Source: Epithemia pelagica
Taxonomy: Eukaryota > Protista > Bacillariophyta
DNA: 64,000 nucleotides
Assembly (NCBI GenBank): GCA_946965045.2
Contig: OX337234.1
Coordinates: forward strand, 1,240,001-1,304,000
Reading direction: 5' to 3'
The position numbers and the translations under genes are program-made. Shown here piece after piece: positions 35,460 through 47,151 of this stretch. The notes beneath the pieces are model-generated. The model did no database searches, was not told the origin of the DNA, and was given only the letters and a program-made list of their open reading frames with translations. Positions within the stretch are counted from its first letter, which is position 1. Each line of letters opens with the position of its first letter.

Positions 35460-36070
35460 TACAATGACTTGAGCCTCAGCACTTGGTCTACCGAGAGCTG
35501 CATTGGGGAAAACAGATCCATTCTTTTATGCATGCTCGTGGAAACTTGTTTCCTCAGTTTCCTTCATTCCAGTGGTTACCTCTACCCAGTCGTCCGGTGT
35601 TGGGTTCCCCTTCTGTTGAAAGAAGACACTGTTATGTTCCAGCAAGGTATGATCAGACGACGATGTACCATTTGTTTCCGTTGTCGCAAAGCAATCATCC
35701 TCTGCACCTGGTTGGTTGCAAGCAGACTTCGTCTGGGTGGTAGAGTCCACGACGCCTCCGGTCAACATGGTTGAGTGGTCTGGATCTGGACTTGCATTGG
35801 GAAGATTCATGGATGAACTCGTAGTTTCGCTGGTTAATAGCACCCTTTCCAACTGGGCAATGTTCTAATTTCTCATAACAATGAGAACGTGCACAATGAT
35901 AAAGAGTCAGAGGTCCCGGTTACGCATCACTTACTTCCAAGCGGGACACGTTTAGTCGTGTTTTGATCGTGTATTTATGGTCCGTGACTTTATTGAACAA
36001 TAGAAAATAGAGAATCAAAAACTCCGGACCGACTGTTTAACGCGACACGCTAGAGAGCGTACGCCGTTCA
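35460..36070 (-). pseudogene. Partial paralog of the 5' part and upstream region of the 29039-32223 gene
   Basis: Aligns by eye to about 31630-31900 and about 32320-32550 (e.g. TTGTTTCCTCAGTTTCCT, GAGTCCACGACGCC, AGTCGTGTTTTGATCGTGTATT, GACACGCTAGAGAGCGTA). Confidence 0.75.
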
Positions 36071-36316
36071 TAGATTTCCTTCTTGCCCAAATCCCTTTGT
36101 CTCCACGCTCTTGAATGTTACATGCATCATCAACTGGCTGCACACGAAGCTCAATCTTCACCCGTTTTGGGGCGTATGGCACCTATTCATCCTGGCGAGT
36201 ATCAGTGATGAAATTCTGGATAATTGAGGCAACTTTTGGACAGTCCAGACAATGGAACGCAGAAACGATATGGTGTCCAGAACGGAGTATTATCTGTCGC
36301 TTTTCGTTCGTTTCGT

Positions 36317-37468
36317 CTACGTGTTTTGTTTCCGTCCACAATGGTGAGGTTCGGCGCATACATAACCAAAGGTTTGTGATCCATAAAAGGTGAGATAGGG
36401 TGGAATGGTGGAATCGAGGGGACAAAACAGTTTGTTGCGTGTCTGCCAATAGTTGCGGTGGACGTGGGCGGCTTGTACCTGTGCCACAACCAAAAAGTGT
36501 TGTTGCGGCGGCTGCCGATCCAGAGAAACACGAGGGGCAGTACGTGATGCAGCATGGGACGTCGGGTCTGCTCCATCTGGTACACAAGAAGTGCCCGTAC
36601 GGGCCGATCCATTCGGTCGCCCCTGTGTATCGGGATGAGCCATGCAGTGGACCACTCGACAATATAAATGCGCGCAGCATCCAACAATACCACCATAGGA
36701 TGGAGTCGTCTTACTGGCTTCCAGCCACACAAGTTCCAAGCCTGGTATCCCCTCTGGAAATCGAGGATGCTTTCTTCGTTTCTGTTTCTTGGAGGTAGGG
36801 CCAGCACCAAGTTTCTCGTTCTGGGAAGACTTGTCTTGATTGTGTTGTACTCGGTCTTTTGGAGCATTCTCTTCACGTGTGGTGTTTGGATCCTTGTTGT
36901 CGTCCATGCCGTCCGTGTCGTTTGGACGGATCCTGACGTAGTCTTTGGGAAACTTGCTACCAAACCTCCCCGAGGAGCTTCCCACCGCTAGTACCAGTTC
37001 CTCCATTCCGTGCACGGGAATGGACAAGACAAAGGTTTTGGGTGGCTGCTGTTGATGATGCTGCTGCTGTTGGGCAGTATCATTGTCATTCTGTTGGTTC
37101 GGAAGCAACATGGAAGTTGTATATCGGCGATGGTTGATACTAAACACAAAGCTTCCATCGTTGTTGGTTGCCGTCAACCAAGAAATCACTTGAACATTTC
37201 GTCTTGCTGGTGGCACCGATGAAACTGTCGAGACCTTTTGTTGGTCGTTTTCAATGGGAACCTCTCGCTGCTCCTGCTGTTGACGTTGTGATGGTGGTGA
37301 ATGTTTGTCTCTGCAGGATGGAATCGTTGTGGTGCCATCGGTGAGCCTCTCCTCCTTCTCGGCCTCTTGTTCCACGACAAGAAACGCAACTGGATTGGTA
37401 TATAACAATCGACTAAATTCCTTCCCTGACTCGAGTCCGATCCATTCGTCTTTCGACTCGGTCGTCAT
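36317..37468 (-). CDS. Flavin-reductase-like FMN-binding split-barrel protein
   Basis: FSRLLYTNPVAFL, NVQVISWLTATNN, FVLSIPVHGMEELVLAVGSSSGR, AHLYCRV, HFLVVAQV. Confidence 0.75.
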   Translation of the reverse strand: MTTESKDEWIGLESGKEFSRLLYTNPVAFLVVEQEAEKEERLTDGTTTIPSCRDKHSPPSQRQQQEQREVPIENDQQKVSTVSSVPPARRNVQVISWLTATNNDGSFVFSINHRRYTTSMLLPNQQNDNDTAQQQQHHQQQPPKTFVLSIPVHGMEELVLAVGSSSGRFGSKFPKDYVRIRPNDTDGMDDNKDPNTTREENAPKDRVQHNQDKSSQNEKLGAGPTSKKQKRRKHPRFPEGIPGLELVWLEASKTTPSYGGIVGCCAHLYCRVVHCMAHPDTQGRPNGSARTGTSCVPDGADPTSHAASRTAPRVSLDRQPPQQHFLVVAQVQAAHVHRNYWQTRNKLFCPLDSTIPPYLTFYGSQTFGYVCAEPHHCGRKQNT

Positions 37469-37503
37469 TCGTCGATGTCAAGATCCATAAAACATGAGAG
37501 ACA

Positions 37504-37957
37504 TGAGAGCATAGCCAATATATACCACAAACCAGCCCAAGAGCTCCTGTAGGGAACCACCCTTTTCTATGGCTGAAGTGGGATACTCGCAGGTTATGAG
37601 CCCAACGCAAGGAGGAATCCGAGGTCGTCGACAGAAGCTCGAATCCACATGTCCTTTCCTTTGCGCAGAGATACCCCAGCTCAGGAAGGTGTTCTGTGCC
37701 CATCGATTGTCCCTACACAGTGGCACAGCTGGGACTGGGAGGGTCCGGAGAAACCGCGGATACATGGGCACGACAGAAAAGGCTTGCTCCGAATGTACGC
37801 CCTATCACAACAATTGGAAAAATATGGACAATAGTAGTCAACAATTGTTGGTTGAAGTGCGGTAGGGAGTGAGAGTATAGCCAATATATACCACAAACCA
37901 GCCCAAGAGCTCCTGTAGGGAGCCACCCTTTTCTGTGGCTGAAGTGGGATACTCGCA
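37504..37957 (+). mobile_element. TRIM (terminal-repeat retrotransposon in miniature), 454 bp
   Basis: 88-bp LTRs 37504-37591 and 37870-37957, both TG...CA with about 3 mismatches; TSD AGACA at 37499-37503 and 37958-37962; PBS GGTTATGAGCCC at 37592; purine tract GGTAGGGAG before the 3' LTR. Confidence 0.9.
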
Positions 37958-38315
37958 AGACAGAAAAGATCCTCGGAAAACACCTCAGATGGATGCTCGT
38001 ACCGTCGTCTTTTTCGAATCAAAAGACGCCTTTATCACGGACTCTGGAGAGTATTATCCTCCCCGAACTCTTTATCGAGAGTGCTACTAGTACAGATAGT
38101 ATTCCGTAAGCTAGAGCTGGTCATACTCCTTAACTAAAGCATGGAAAATTGACAAAGAGATTACGAAGAGGAATGGAATATGACAAAGTCATCAACTAAA
38201 AGGTTACCAATCCCAGATGTTGAGAAGGCTCATTACAGAAACGAGGATTTATGACTTCCTAGGTAGACCACATCGATAAGGAAACATCTTCTTTCTGCAT
38301 TGTAAGCTCCCCCCA

Positions 38316-38900
38316 TCAATCGATCTCCTCTTCCACTTCTTTTTCAGGGAACGCATACTCCCACAAGCCAGGCTTGAGTCGAGGGCCTGGTGGATTCATA
38401 AAGTCTGGTTCGTCATCAAAGTCATATACTTTCAAAGCTTCTTGTTTGACAAAAGAATTTCGCGGCAGCATATAGCGGGCGTGTGCCTTGATTCGTATCT
38501 TACAATTCACATCATGGTAGAATTCATTGTGCTCCTTGAAACGCCCAATGACATGATTCCGTCCAATTTGATAGCGACGATCCTTTTCTTCTTGGGACAA
38601 GGGAGGCTCCTTTCCTTTAGGCAGCTCCAGAGCAGCAAGTCTCATATCAGTCAGCCTGTCACGAGTTCCCATTTGTTCCTTCAGTGGATCGTACTCTCTC
38701 TTCATTTTCGGCGGTGCCACCTTTCGATCCTTTTTCCTGATTTTTTCCTTGGCTTTGCCCAACCCTCGAATGGCGCCGACACCCACGACAGTGGTGGGTC
38801 TTGTCGATGGCGTCGAGGCCGATGACAGCGGAGAAGGCAATCGATTCACTGACGAGAGACTCCATCGACCAGACATGGCCTTGACAATGAACGGATTCAT
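38316..38900 (-). CDS. Probable mitochondrial ribosomal protein mL40-like
   Basis: S/R-rich presequence-like N-terminus, basic KIRKKDRK stretch, and PPLSQEEKDRRYQIG resembling the MRP-L28/mL40 PxLSxEExERR motif. Confidence 0.5.
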   Translation of the reverse strand: MNPFIVKAMSGRWSLSSVNRLPSPLSSASTPSTRPTTVVGVGAIRGLGKAKEKIRKKDRKVAPPKMKREYDPLKEQMGTRDRLTDMRLAALELPKGKEPPLSQEEKDRRYQIGRNHVIGRFKEHNEFYHDVNCKIRIKAHARYMLPRNSFVKQEALKVYDFDDEPDFMNPPGPRLKPGLWEYAFPEKEVEEEID

Positions 38901-39070
38901 GAGACACGACAGAGTTAATGGTTCAGTGCTCGATGGTATCTTTTTTTATCGATTCCGAATTCCAAAGTCCCATGGTCGAGATTTCGATTTAGGACAGATG
39001 GCAAGACGCTTCCAATTTTCGCGAGTCGCGCGCGGCGGGGGGGGGCTTGCGCTCGCAGGTCTCATATCTT

Positions 39071-39250
39071 CAGGGACACCCGCTTTATTATTATTATTTG
39101 TAACCACGACCACGACCCCATTGGGCTTATTACTGATTGGCTGAGATGCTGTACCTCATTTTTCTACACTACCAAAAAATAAAATGGCACGTGCAATAAA
39201 ATTACTTATTGAACTTAGACAAGCCATGCGCGGAGATTCGCCATATGTAC
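39071..39250 (+). mobile_element. Orphan left end related to the 56762-61750 DNA transposon
   Basis: CAGGGACACCCGCT...TTTGTAACCA...GGGCTTATT.CTGATTGG.TGAGATG...TATTGAACTT is colinear with 56762-56940; no matching right TIR found for it. Confidence 0.75.
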
Positions 39251-40073
39251 GAGTAGTAGGGGCTGGGTCTGGGTTATGGGTCTGGGCAAGCCGATCTATG
39301 TTCGGCTAGGTAGGTTCAGTACATTAAGCTACGTAGTACTATTTTCATCACTGTAACAAGTGGGGCGGATGGTCACACCGAGTCGCAAATCGAAAACATA
39401 GCGCCTCGAGAAACAATGCAATCCGCTCGACAATGGTGGAAGCCATCACCCCCATGGCCATAACTTCCTCAATAATAGAGCTCGCCTGAACCGCTTTTAG
39501 AATAAGACTCTTTACTACTAGAGTGACTCTTTCTTTCAATTTGGTCGAGGCACCGTTGAGAAATGATTAAATTAGGAAGGTTTTTGGATTACATCACCAA
39601 AGAAAAATGAGTATACCTTTTGATCCAACGCGACAAATCTTCTGTAGCTGCAGAACACAGTATTACGAGCAAACTCAAACAACTGACAGTAGTTGGATGT
39701 TGATGCGATGCATGAGTGAATGCATACGGCATCACCGGATCTCGCCGTCATCGTGCGGAGTGTTTTTGCATTTTTTCGGACTTCAGGTATGACGTGTACT
39801 ATGGGATTTTATCTACAATACGTAGCTTTTGTACTGAACCTACTTAGCCGAACATGGATCGGCTTACCCAGCCCTTACAAGGCCATGACGAACATCCTTT
39901 CGCATCCAAACAACTAATTTCCGAGAGGACCGCCACCGAATCCGTGTTGGCTGCACTCGTTTCTTCACCTGCCGTTGTTCGCACTTTTTGGTCGCGGTGC
40001 ATTTTGAACTATTCAATACGATAGGGATAGAATTTGATCTGGTGTTCTAAGCTTTGTTCTCAAAAAGTGATGT

Positions 40074-41807
40074 TCAACGCACTGTGACGTTCAATGCACT
40101 CCTGATCGCCTGATGCCAGTCTTCATCATTTGGGAATGCAACAAAGATTCGCGTATTTGCCCACATCGTGAAAACGTCCTGCGCTGTCATCAGGACACGC
40201 TTATTGTTGTCCAAAATGGGTTTGCGTGGGTCTTCACCTTTAGCCAGATATTTGTCTCTGTGACGAGTCGCATACACCCCATTGTATCTAGGATTCACAA
40301 ATAGAATGTTCAGAGTTTTGTCAACGGGGAGACGTAACCCGGTCCGAAAGGATCGCAAAGTGCGAAGCTTGAAAGCGTGATCATACTGCCACGTGGTCTG
40401 AAAAGCCCAATAAACCTGGTCAACTACCAAGACACAGTCGGCAAGAGGATAGCTTGTGTCACTTGGATAGTTTACCAAGGCAACATCAAATGCACCTCGA
40501 GTGATTTTTCGCTTCGTATGTCCTAGGCGCTTTATTCTTGTATTGGGCTCGCCTGAAACTCCTTGGTACTGCCATCCCACCGTCGCGGGGCCGGCTGACA
40601 ACATGTGAACAACAGATTCTTCGAGGTCCTTTCCAGTGAGATCTGCAGATTCGTTTTTGAGGACCTTTGCCAACATTGCAAGATGTTGATGATAAGATGT
40701 GAGGCTCATCTTATTCATTATTCTCTGCCGAACATAGTCGCTTGTCATGGTAAGACTCGGTGACCTGAAAGCTTGATTCCCATCCCTCCGAATATCAGTG
40801 TAAGATAAGATGAAACCACTAATGTTTCCCTCTAGTCTTGATTGCGGATCGTCGTCAATATCAGTTGCAATTGAACGCAGCATATCCGCAGAGACTTTGT
40901 CGCATCGTGAGTCTACAATTTTTCTTTTCTCTTCAAGCTGCTGCTCCATTCGAATCAACGAGTATCGGAAAATCCCTCCGAAAATCGCAAAATTTCTTTC
41001 CAAAAGCGGCAAATCCAACTTCTCTTCCTCGGCAATGTACTTCAATTCGTTGTATTCCCCTACTGGCATGTACAGCTGATGCGGCTCTTCTTTCAGGTAT
41101 TCCTTGATCCGATTCTTGCGTGGTGACAATGTGGACAAACATGGCGCTTCTGCAACCAGCGGTGGCTGATTCACCTCCACACCCGGTTCGTACAAGTAAA
41201 GAATGCCGCCGTGCTCACTCAGTAGTCGTTTGATAGCCCTCTCCTGACCACTCAAAGTGAAACCCGAACACGTATTCAGGTCCATGAGGTCGAAATCTTT
41301 CCCAACCTGGCGGACAACAAATCGGAACAGCCGGTCCTCTGATGTTTCCGACAAGAGGCGGCGCAGCAGGTAAACTTGATACCAGGACTTTCCAACTCCA
41401 GCATTGCCTGACAGAATAATCTTCCTCATCTTCGTGTTTTCGTCGTCTTTCCATAATTTAATTATCTCATCGTACAAATTTGCATAGAAATCACGCTCAA
41501 AGTAAAGGTTTGAAGCTCTCTTCCTGAGTTCTAGAACATTTTCTGCTGGATAATTCACCAGTGAGTAGAGAGTGATTCCGCAGGCCGCCTCAACAGACTG
41601 CTGTGGTTGCAAGGGCCTCAATTCCTTCAAGAACTGTAACTCTCTTGATAGCATCATGGAGTTCTCTATCGTGATTTTATTCAGAGCCTCCTTCGCATTT
41701 TCGGGGTACGCGCAATTGAGCAGCAACGCATCTCGCGATTGCTCTGGAGTTGGGTCATCTACATTCATTGCTTTAGCAGCAACAGCAGCAGCAGCAAGAA
41801 CGGACAT
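40074..41807 (-). CDS. Crinkler/RHS-like P-loop NTPase plus restriction-endonuclease-like protein
   Basis: IILSGNAGVGKSWYQVYLLRRLL (Walker A), LYLYEP, FAIFGGIFRY, C-terminal YPLADCVLV...WAFQTTWQYDHAF. Confidence 0.8.
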   Translation of the reverse strand: MSVLAAAAVAAKAMNVDDPTPEQSRDALLLNCAYPENAKEALNKITIENSMMLSRELQFLKELRPLQPQQSVEAACGITLYSLVNYPAENVLELRKRASNLYFERDFYANLYDEIIKLWKDDENTKMRKIILSGNAGVGKSWYQVYLLRRLLSETSEDRLFRFVVRQVGKDFDLMDLNTCSGFTLSGQERAIKRLLSEHGGILYLYEPGVEVNQPPLVAEAPCLSTLSPRKNRIKEYLKEEPHQLYMPVGEYNELKYIAEEEKLDLPLLERNFAIFGGIFRYSLIRMEQQLEEKRKIVDSRCDKVSADMLRSIATDIDDDPQSRLEGNISGFILSYTDIRRDGNQAFRSPSLTMTSDYVRQRIMNKMSLTSYHQHLAMLAKVLKNESADLTGKDLEESVVHMLSAGPATVGWQYQGVSGEPNTRIKRLGHTKRKITRGAFDVALVNYPSDTSYPLADCVLVVDQVYWAFQTTWQYDHAFKLRTLRSFRTGLRLPVDKTLNILFVNPRYNGVYATRHRDKYLAKGEDPRKPILDNNKRVLMTAQDVFTMWANTRIFVAFPNDEDWHQAIRSALNVTVR

Positions 41808-43503
41808 GAAGTGCTCCTTTAGCAGCGTTTCATAACTGGGATCAAAGAGGCTAAATCACGAATCATGAATCACGAATCAAAAGTACTGCACAAAACCTCG
41901 AACCGCGTCGAGGTAGCAATGGCGGTGCTGGCCGGCGCAATGGTCGCCGGGGGATACCCCCAGCAAATAGCAAAGCAATCCGTGAACACAACAGTTGGGT
42001 CCAAGAAACAAGGCGGCACCACACGTTTGTGTGGTTGCGCTTCGCACATGACAACTCTACGAATGATACCCAACAAGCAATACCCAGTCTCTTTCTGGAA
42101 CGGATCCAGTTTGAAAGATGCTTTCTAGTACGATTGGTGGATGATGGAGGAGGTCACGGCTATGAGAAACCGTGTTGTTGTTGTTGGTTCGTTTTGTTTC
42201 CCAACCCAAGCAACCATCCAGTGAGTCATGGACACGTGAACTTGAGTGACTGCTGTGAACGGACCAAGAATCACACAAACGACAGCTGGTTGTCGCTCCG
42301 TGTTGTGTTGTTTGTGGCGTCGTTCGTGAATCCGGTCCGGATGACTGCTTGAGACTCTGTGGTACGTACCGAATATTCGTCCACCTCCCCCCACCATTAG
42401 GCGAACGAGATGGGTCTTCTTTCTTCTTCTCTTGGTCCATAATTGCATTATAGAAGATATTAATAACTATTGTATATTATTGGAGAAGTAGGACGTTCCA
42501 GTTCGTTCCAACTCCAACAAAGGGACCCTTGCCACCTCCTTCAAAAAACCAAGCCAGGAACTTTCCCCTTTGCCTTTGTTAGGCCTTGACTTTTCCAAAA
42601 CGACGTCCTTCACCACAACACCCGATTCCAACCGTTTGCCTGTGGAGGTAATTGGTGGCGGCGGCGACAACAAAAGAGCAGCAGCAGCAGCAGTGGGCAA
42701 GAAGTGTCCGACAAAGAAAAAAACAGCCGCATCAACAAGAAGGACGAAAGCATTTGTGTTCCACAACAACAACAAGCATCATGCTCCTTCGAGGACCAAA
42801 ACAACCACGGCTCATTGCTGACCACAGCAACAACCACGTCACAAGAGTTATCGTCGGGAACGCTAGGCTCATGGAGTAACAAGACCGACGACCCAACAAC
42901 GGACGAGTTTGGCAACTGCATTGCAAAGTGTTTTGATAAGGGACGTTAAGAGTAATAGTACGACGGACGGACTTTCGAGCGATTTGGAAAACAACCAGGT
43001 TCAGACCGGGAAGGAAGATCTCGAACAAGAGAAGGACGTCTTGTGGTGGTCTCCATTCGATCCACAAGATTTGGAGGGGCCTCAGACTTAATGTAGACGT
43101 AAAACTAGGTGCTGATATCAAGACACAATCGTTAGTTCCGTAGGTCAATCCAGTTCGCTGTATGAACGATGGGGCCCTCACCTTTCACACTAAACTAGAT
43201 TGACTCCTTTAGGACGTTGCTTACAGCTTTTCCTATTTGATAAGAAGTGAGATTAATCTACAAGTAGGTTGGTCGAAGTGATTGTTTCACTGGGACATTG
43301 CTTCAGGTCGTGATCATCTTCTAGAGATGTCCCTGGCAATGTCCCTTGTTATGACCGCCTTTATGTGGTCTTTGGGTCATGTTGGATTGTTATATAGATG
43401 GCTATGCAGTCTTAGGTTGTAGTCTTGAGGTGACCTAGACGACCTCCTTTGATAATGGACTTAAGGTCTAGGTGCCATGACTTTTGCCTAAGTAAAGTGA
43501 GAC

Positions 43504-43707
43504 TGCCATACCCATGCATAATGGTAGGACGTAAAAATTATGATCTTTAGGAATTAGGCTAGGAAAGTGAGCGATGGCCAGAGAAGCCATCTGCACACGG
43601 GACAAGGACGGACTGAATTCTGAGAACGTCGGTGTCAAAGATTCAACTAGGGACCTATCGAGTCATGTTTACGTGGAGTCGTGGCGGGACAGAGTCCGGG
43701 TACCGCA
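43504..43707. repeat. Gypsy 3' LTR
   Basis: TGC...GCA termini; nearly identical to 56284-56482. Confidence 0.85.
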
Positions 43708-43794
43708 CTCTACCTCTCCCTGGTCGGACCTAGGAAGTTCGAGCGGGCCATGGGAAAGCTTGATGGCCAGAGGCCAACGGCAGTAAAACCCATG

Positions 43795-45699
43795 TCACAC
43801 ACGGTAAGGGATGAGACGCCTGATATTGATGCGCTCGGTAACGTGGGGACCACGTTGAATGGTCACGGTGCCATTGGAATGGACACGCGTGATGGTGAAA
43901 GGATTGGGACTGGTACGAGGTGCCAATTTGTCAGGATTGGTGGCGCGGATGAGCACGCGATCTCCAATTTTGTAGTCATGAAAGACGCGAGAGCGATTTG
44001 CGAGTCGAGCTCGTTCGTCAACGATGATTTGTCGTTTTTGACGAATCAATTCCATGTCCGCAAGGATGGGAATGTCGAACAGCATGTCGCGATGGAACGC
44101 AAGACTGCCGGGAGAATGTTTGAGGCTGCCGTGAATGGCAGTGCGTGCAGAGTATGCAGCGGTTTGCAGAGCAGTGTCGACCATGAGAGCGGCCTGATCA
44201 ATGTTTTGCGGCGGCTCGTAGTTAACGATAGCGCGTAACGAATTGCCAATCGTCAGATGAAGACGTTCACATAGGGCATTGGATTGTGGATTTTTGGCCG
44301 TTAGGGGCACTGGCCTGACGCCATGATTGCGAAGCACTTGCGTAAACGCATGGCCGATGAACTCGCCGCCTTGATCGAAAAGGCAACGAACAGGGCGAGG
44401 ATAGCGTGAAAGCCATGAATTCTCAAGTTGGAGACCAACATGTCGAGCGGTTTTATCGTATATGCGGATGATTTCGCAAAAATTGGTGACAGTGTCAATG
44501 ACCGTCAGAGCCTGAAAGGTCAGGGCCATGCCATGGACTTTGACTGTCCAGGGGCCGATAAGATTGACGGCAATGTCGGACCAGGGATTACCACGGACCT
44601 CACGAGGAGGCAATTCTCCGTAATGTCGATGAACGACCTTCGACCGTTGACAGGTCCGACAGCTGGAAACAGCTTGATCGCAGTAGAGTCCCAATTGGGG
44701 ATGCGTCATGTGCATGGCGATAGTATCGCGGAGTCGCGTGGAACCAGCGTGGTTAAGCACGAGATGATACCAGTTGACTGTATGCGTGAGAAGCGAGTCA
44801 GGAATGCGAATGCGCCAGAGGGCATTAACCGATTGTCGATAACAGACAAGGTTGTATTGTGGATTTTCCGTAGGAAAGGGTTGCAAATGATAATAGTTAG
44901 GTTTGGATTGAACCAACGCCATTAAGGCGGCATCGTTTTGTTGATGCTTAAATATCGTAGCATAGTCAACCGGTAGGGGTTGGTTGGCCGTAATGGCGGG
45001 ATGATTAAGATACACATCGATCAACTCTTCGTCCATGAAAATAGGGGATTCATGAGAATCCGCGTCACGAGACGCTAAGCGGGGGTCATCATGAGGCGCA
45101 CGAGGAACCTGAAACACGGAGTGTTTGCCACTATGATCAAAAAGGGATCGTGGTCCAGACGAGGGACCGTCGGAAGGGACCTTGGAAGGGACACTCTTCT
45201 CCTCCTCTTCTGAAAGAGGGAGACGCGACAACGCGTCGGCGATGACGTTATCCTGGCCAGGAATATAATGAAAGATGGGATTGTATTCTTCGAGAAAGAG
45301 ACGCCAACGAAGGACTCGTTGGGAGTTGAGAGTGGAATAGGTGAGATTTTTGTGATCGGTATGAATGTGCAAGGCGGCACAGCCAAGCAACATGGAGCGG
45401 AACTCCTTGAGGGTTTCGACGATGGAGAGTAACTCCTTTTCCATAGTGGTGTAATTCCGCTGAGCGTGGTTGAGCTTGCGTGAGAAATACGCGACAGGGA
45501 TGTTTTCCTGCATGATAACAGCGCCGAGCTGATAGTCAGACGCGTCCACATAGACGTGGAAAGGAATGTTGTGATCGGGATAGCGGATGAACGCATCATG
45601 CGCAAGCATGGCTTTGACGTTTTCAAAGGCTTTCTGACATTGCGGGGACCGTCTTTTCAGGATTGCGAAGATCGCTCCACTGCTGGATTCCCTCGGCAT
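43795..45699 (-). pseudogene. pol: Gypsy pol fragment: RNase H plus integrase (protease and RT missing)
   Basis: QCQKAFE..., VYVDASDYQLGAVI, YTTMEKELLSIV, HTDHKNL; HHCC zinc finger; integrase IAVNLIGPW (first catalytic D reads N), LFDQGGEF, NALCERLH; ends INIRRLIPY. Confidence 0.88.
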
Positions 45700-46111
45700 C
45701 GACAGGAATGGTAGGAACGCATCCTGGAGGAGGAGCTACGGCAGGAGGATTGGCAGGAACGGCATTCCATCCATTACCGGCACCAGCAGAGTCAGAGGCG
45801 TGTTGATCACTGCCACGACCTGGGGCAGAAGGACGAGAGCCCCAAGTGGAACGCAGAGGAGCGGACGAGCCACCACGCGGGTTGTTATCGCCATTGGAAC
45901 CACCACCTTGAGGAGGATTGTTTCCGGCGTTGCCGCCACCGGTAGAACGGTTAGAACGTTGAACCATGACGTCAAAAAGGCTTTGATTGAAATTGCGACC
46001 CGAAGGATTATAAATGCAATCAGCCCAAGAATGGTTGCGATGGGATTCCATCGTGGTCCGATACGGACAGGGATCGGAGTTGCCATCGGGGGCGCCACGA
46101 TTGTCTCCGGA
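45700..46111 (-). pseudogene. gag: Gypsy gag C-terminal piece with zinc knuckle
   Basis: SGDNRGAPDGNSDPCPYRTTMESHRNHSWADC followed by a G/N/P-rich tail; continues the frame across the CCGGA TSD. Confidence 0.7.
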
Positions 46112-46895
46112 TGTTACAATTCTCTTGGAATTGCAGTGGCGTTGATGCTCGGTAGAGCAGACAATCAGGTAATCACCAACCGATACAAACCTCTCCACGG
46201 GTAAGAGAGGAAAGCAAGTCGTAGTCTATCAAAAGGATAGTCGGGACACAAAAGAGGATGTGATAAATGGTGATATTGTTAGATTGTGTGTTGATTACTA
46301 CGATAGGTCTACGTGAAATGTTCGGTCCTGCCAAGGGTCATGTGTCAAAGGTTCTTGGCGGCAACAGGTTTGGAATAGTTGGAGTCGATTCATGTGATGT
46401 ATATGACATGTATATGTGGGCGGATAACATATACAGGGTCAACAGCTCTTGCTTTGGGTTGGCATAGTTGTTTTCATGGCGCGCAGCTTGTTGACAATTT
46501 GGAGATTGTGGGAATGGAAATATGGTCTCGCGTGATCGTGTGTCGTGCTTGGGATACTTAGACCGTTGGGTCGGATAGATGCCGACAGCGCTCGGATGTC
46601 GCTTGGGCGCGCTCGATGATTTCGGGCGCGTACGCTTAGGGCGTTAGTATAATGTCCGAGCAACGGCCAAATTTACGTCCGTTGTAATACCGCACGACCC
46701 AGTTTAGTCTTGAGAGTGAGTTCGTCAATCTATTCTCACTTTTCATGATTTGCGAAGAAATATAGGTCGATATAGCGCGAAGCTAGGGAACATAGCTCGA
46801 AGCTAGATGGCATGATGCGATAGCACGAGGCTATGTGACATGGGGAATCGATGAGATGTAGAATCTAACCACCATAGACGGTGAGAATTCTAACA
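46112..46895. mobile_element. Solo LTR of the CoDi-like Copia family (784 bp)
   Basis: TGTTA...TAACA; TSD CCGGA at 46107-46111 and 46896-46900; near-identical to the LTRs at 47152 and 54754. Confidence 0.95.
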
Positions 46896-46900
46896 CCGGA

Positions 46901-47151
46901 GGAGTCGTTGCGGTCGGAGGAGCCACGGCGATTTCCGCCACGTAAGGAATCACGATTGCCACGCGACGATCGCGATTGCCGCTGTTGTTGGAGTCGCGAG
47001 GACGAGAGCGGTCTTGACGAGACTGCGAACGATTTTGCTGTTGCTCACGTTGTAGCCTTTTGCTTGGAGGCGCGCTGGTATCCGCGCATGGCTTGCAAGA
47101 GAGCAGCCGTGTCAAAATGATTGACAATGTCCGGCACCAAGGGATTGGCTT
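46901..47151 (-). pseudogene. gag: Gypsy gag middle piece between the two Copia insertions
   Basis: Continues ...EFQQA|NPLVPDIVNHFDTAALLQAMRGYQR and an R/S/N/G-rich linker, with frameshifts. Confidence 0.7.

Noticed and set aside
41865-43181. ORFs upstream of the second Crinkler-like gene
   Set aside because: Short low-complexity frames on both strands that could not be joined into a supported gene.
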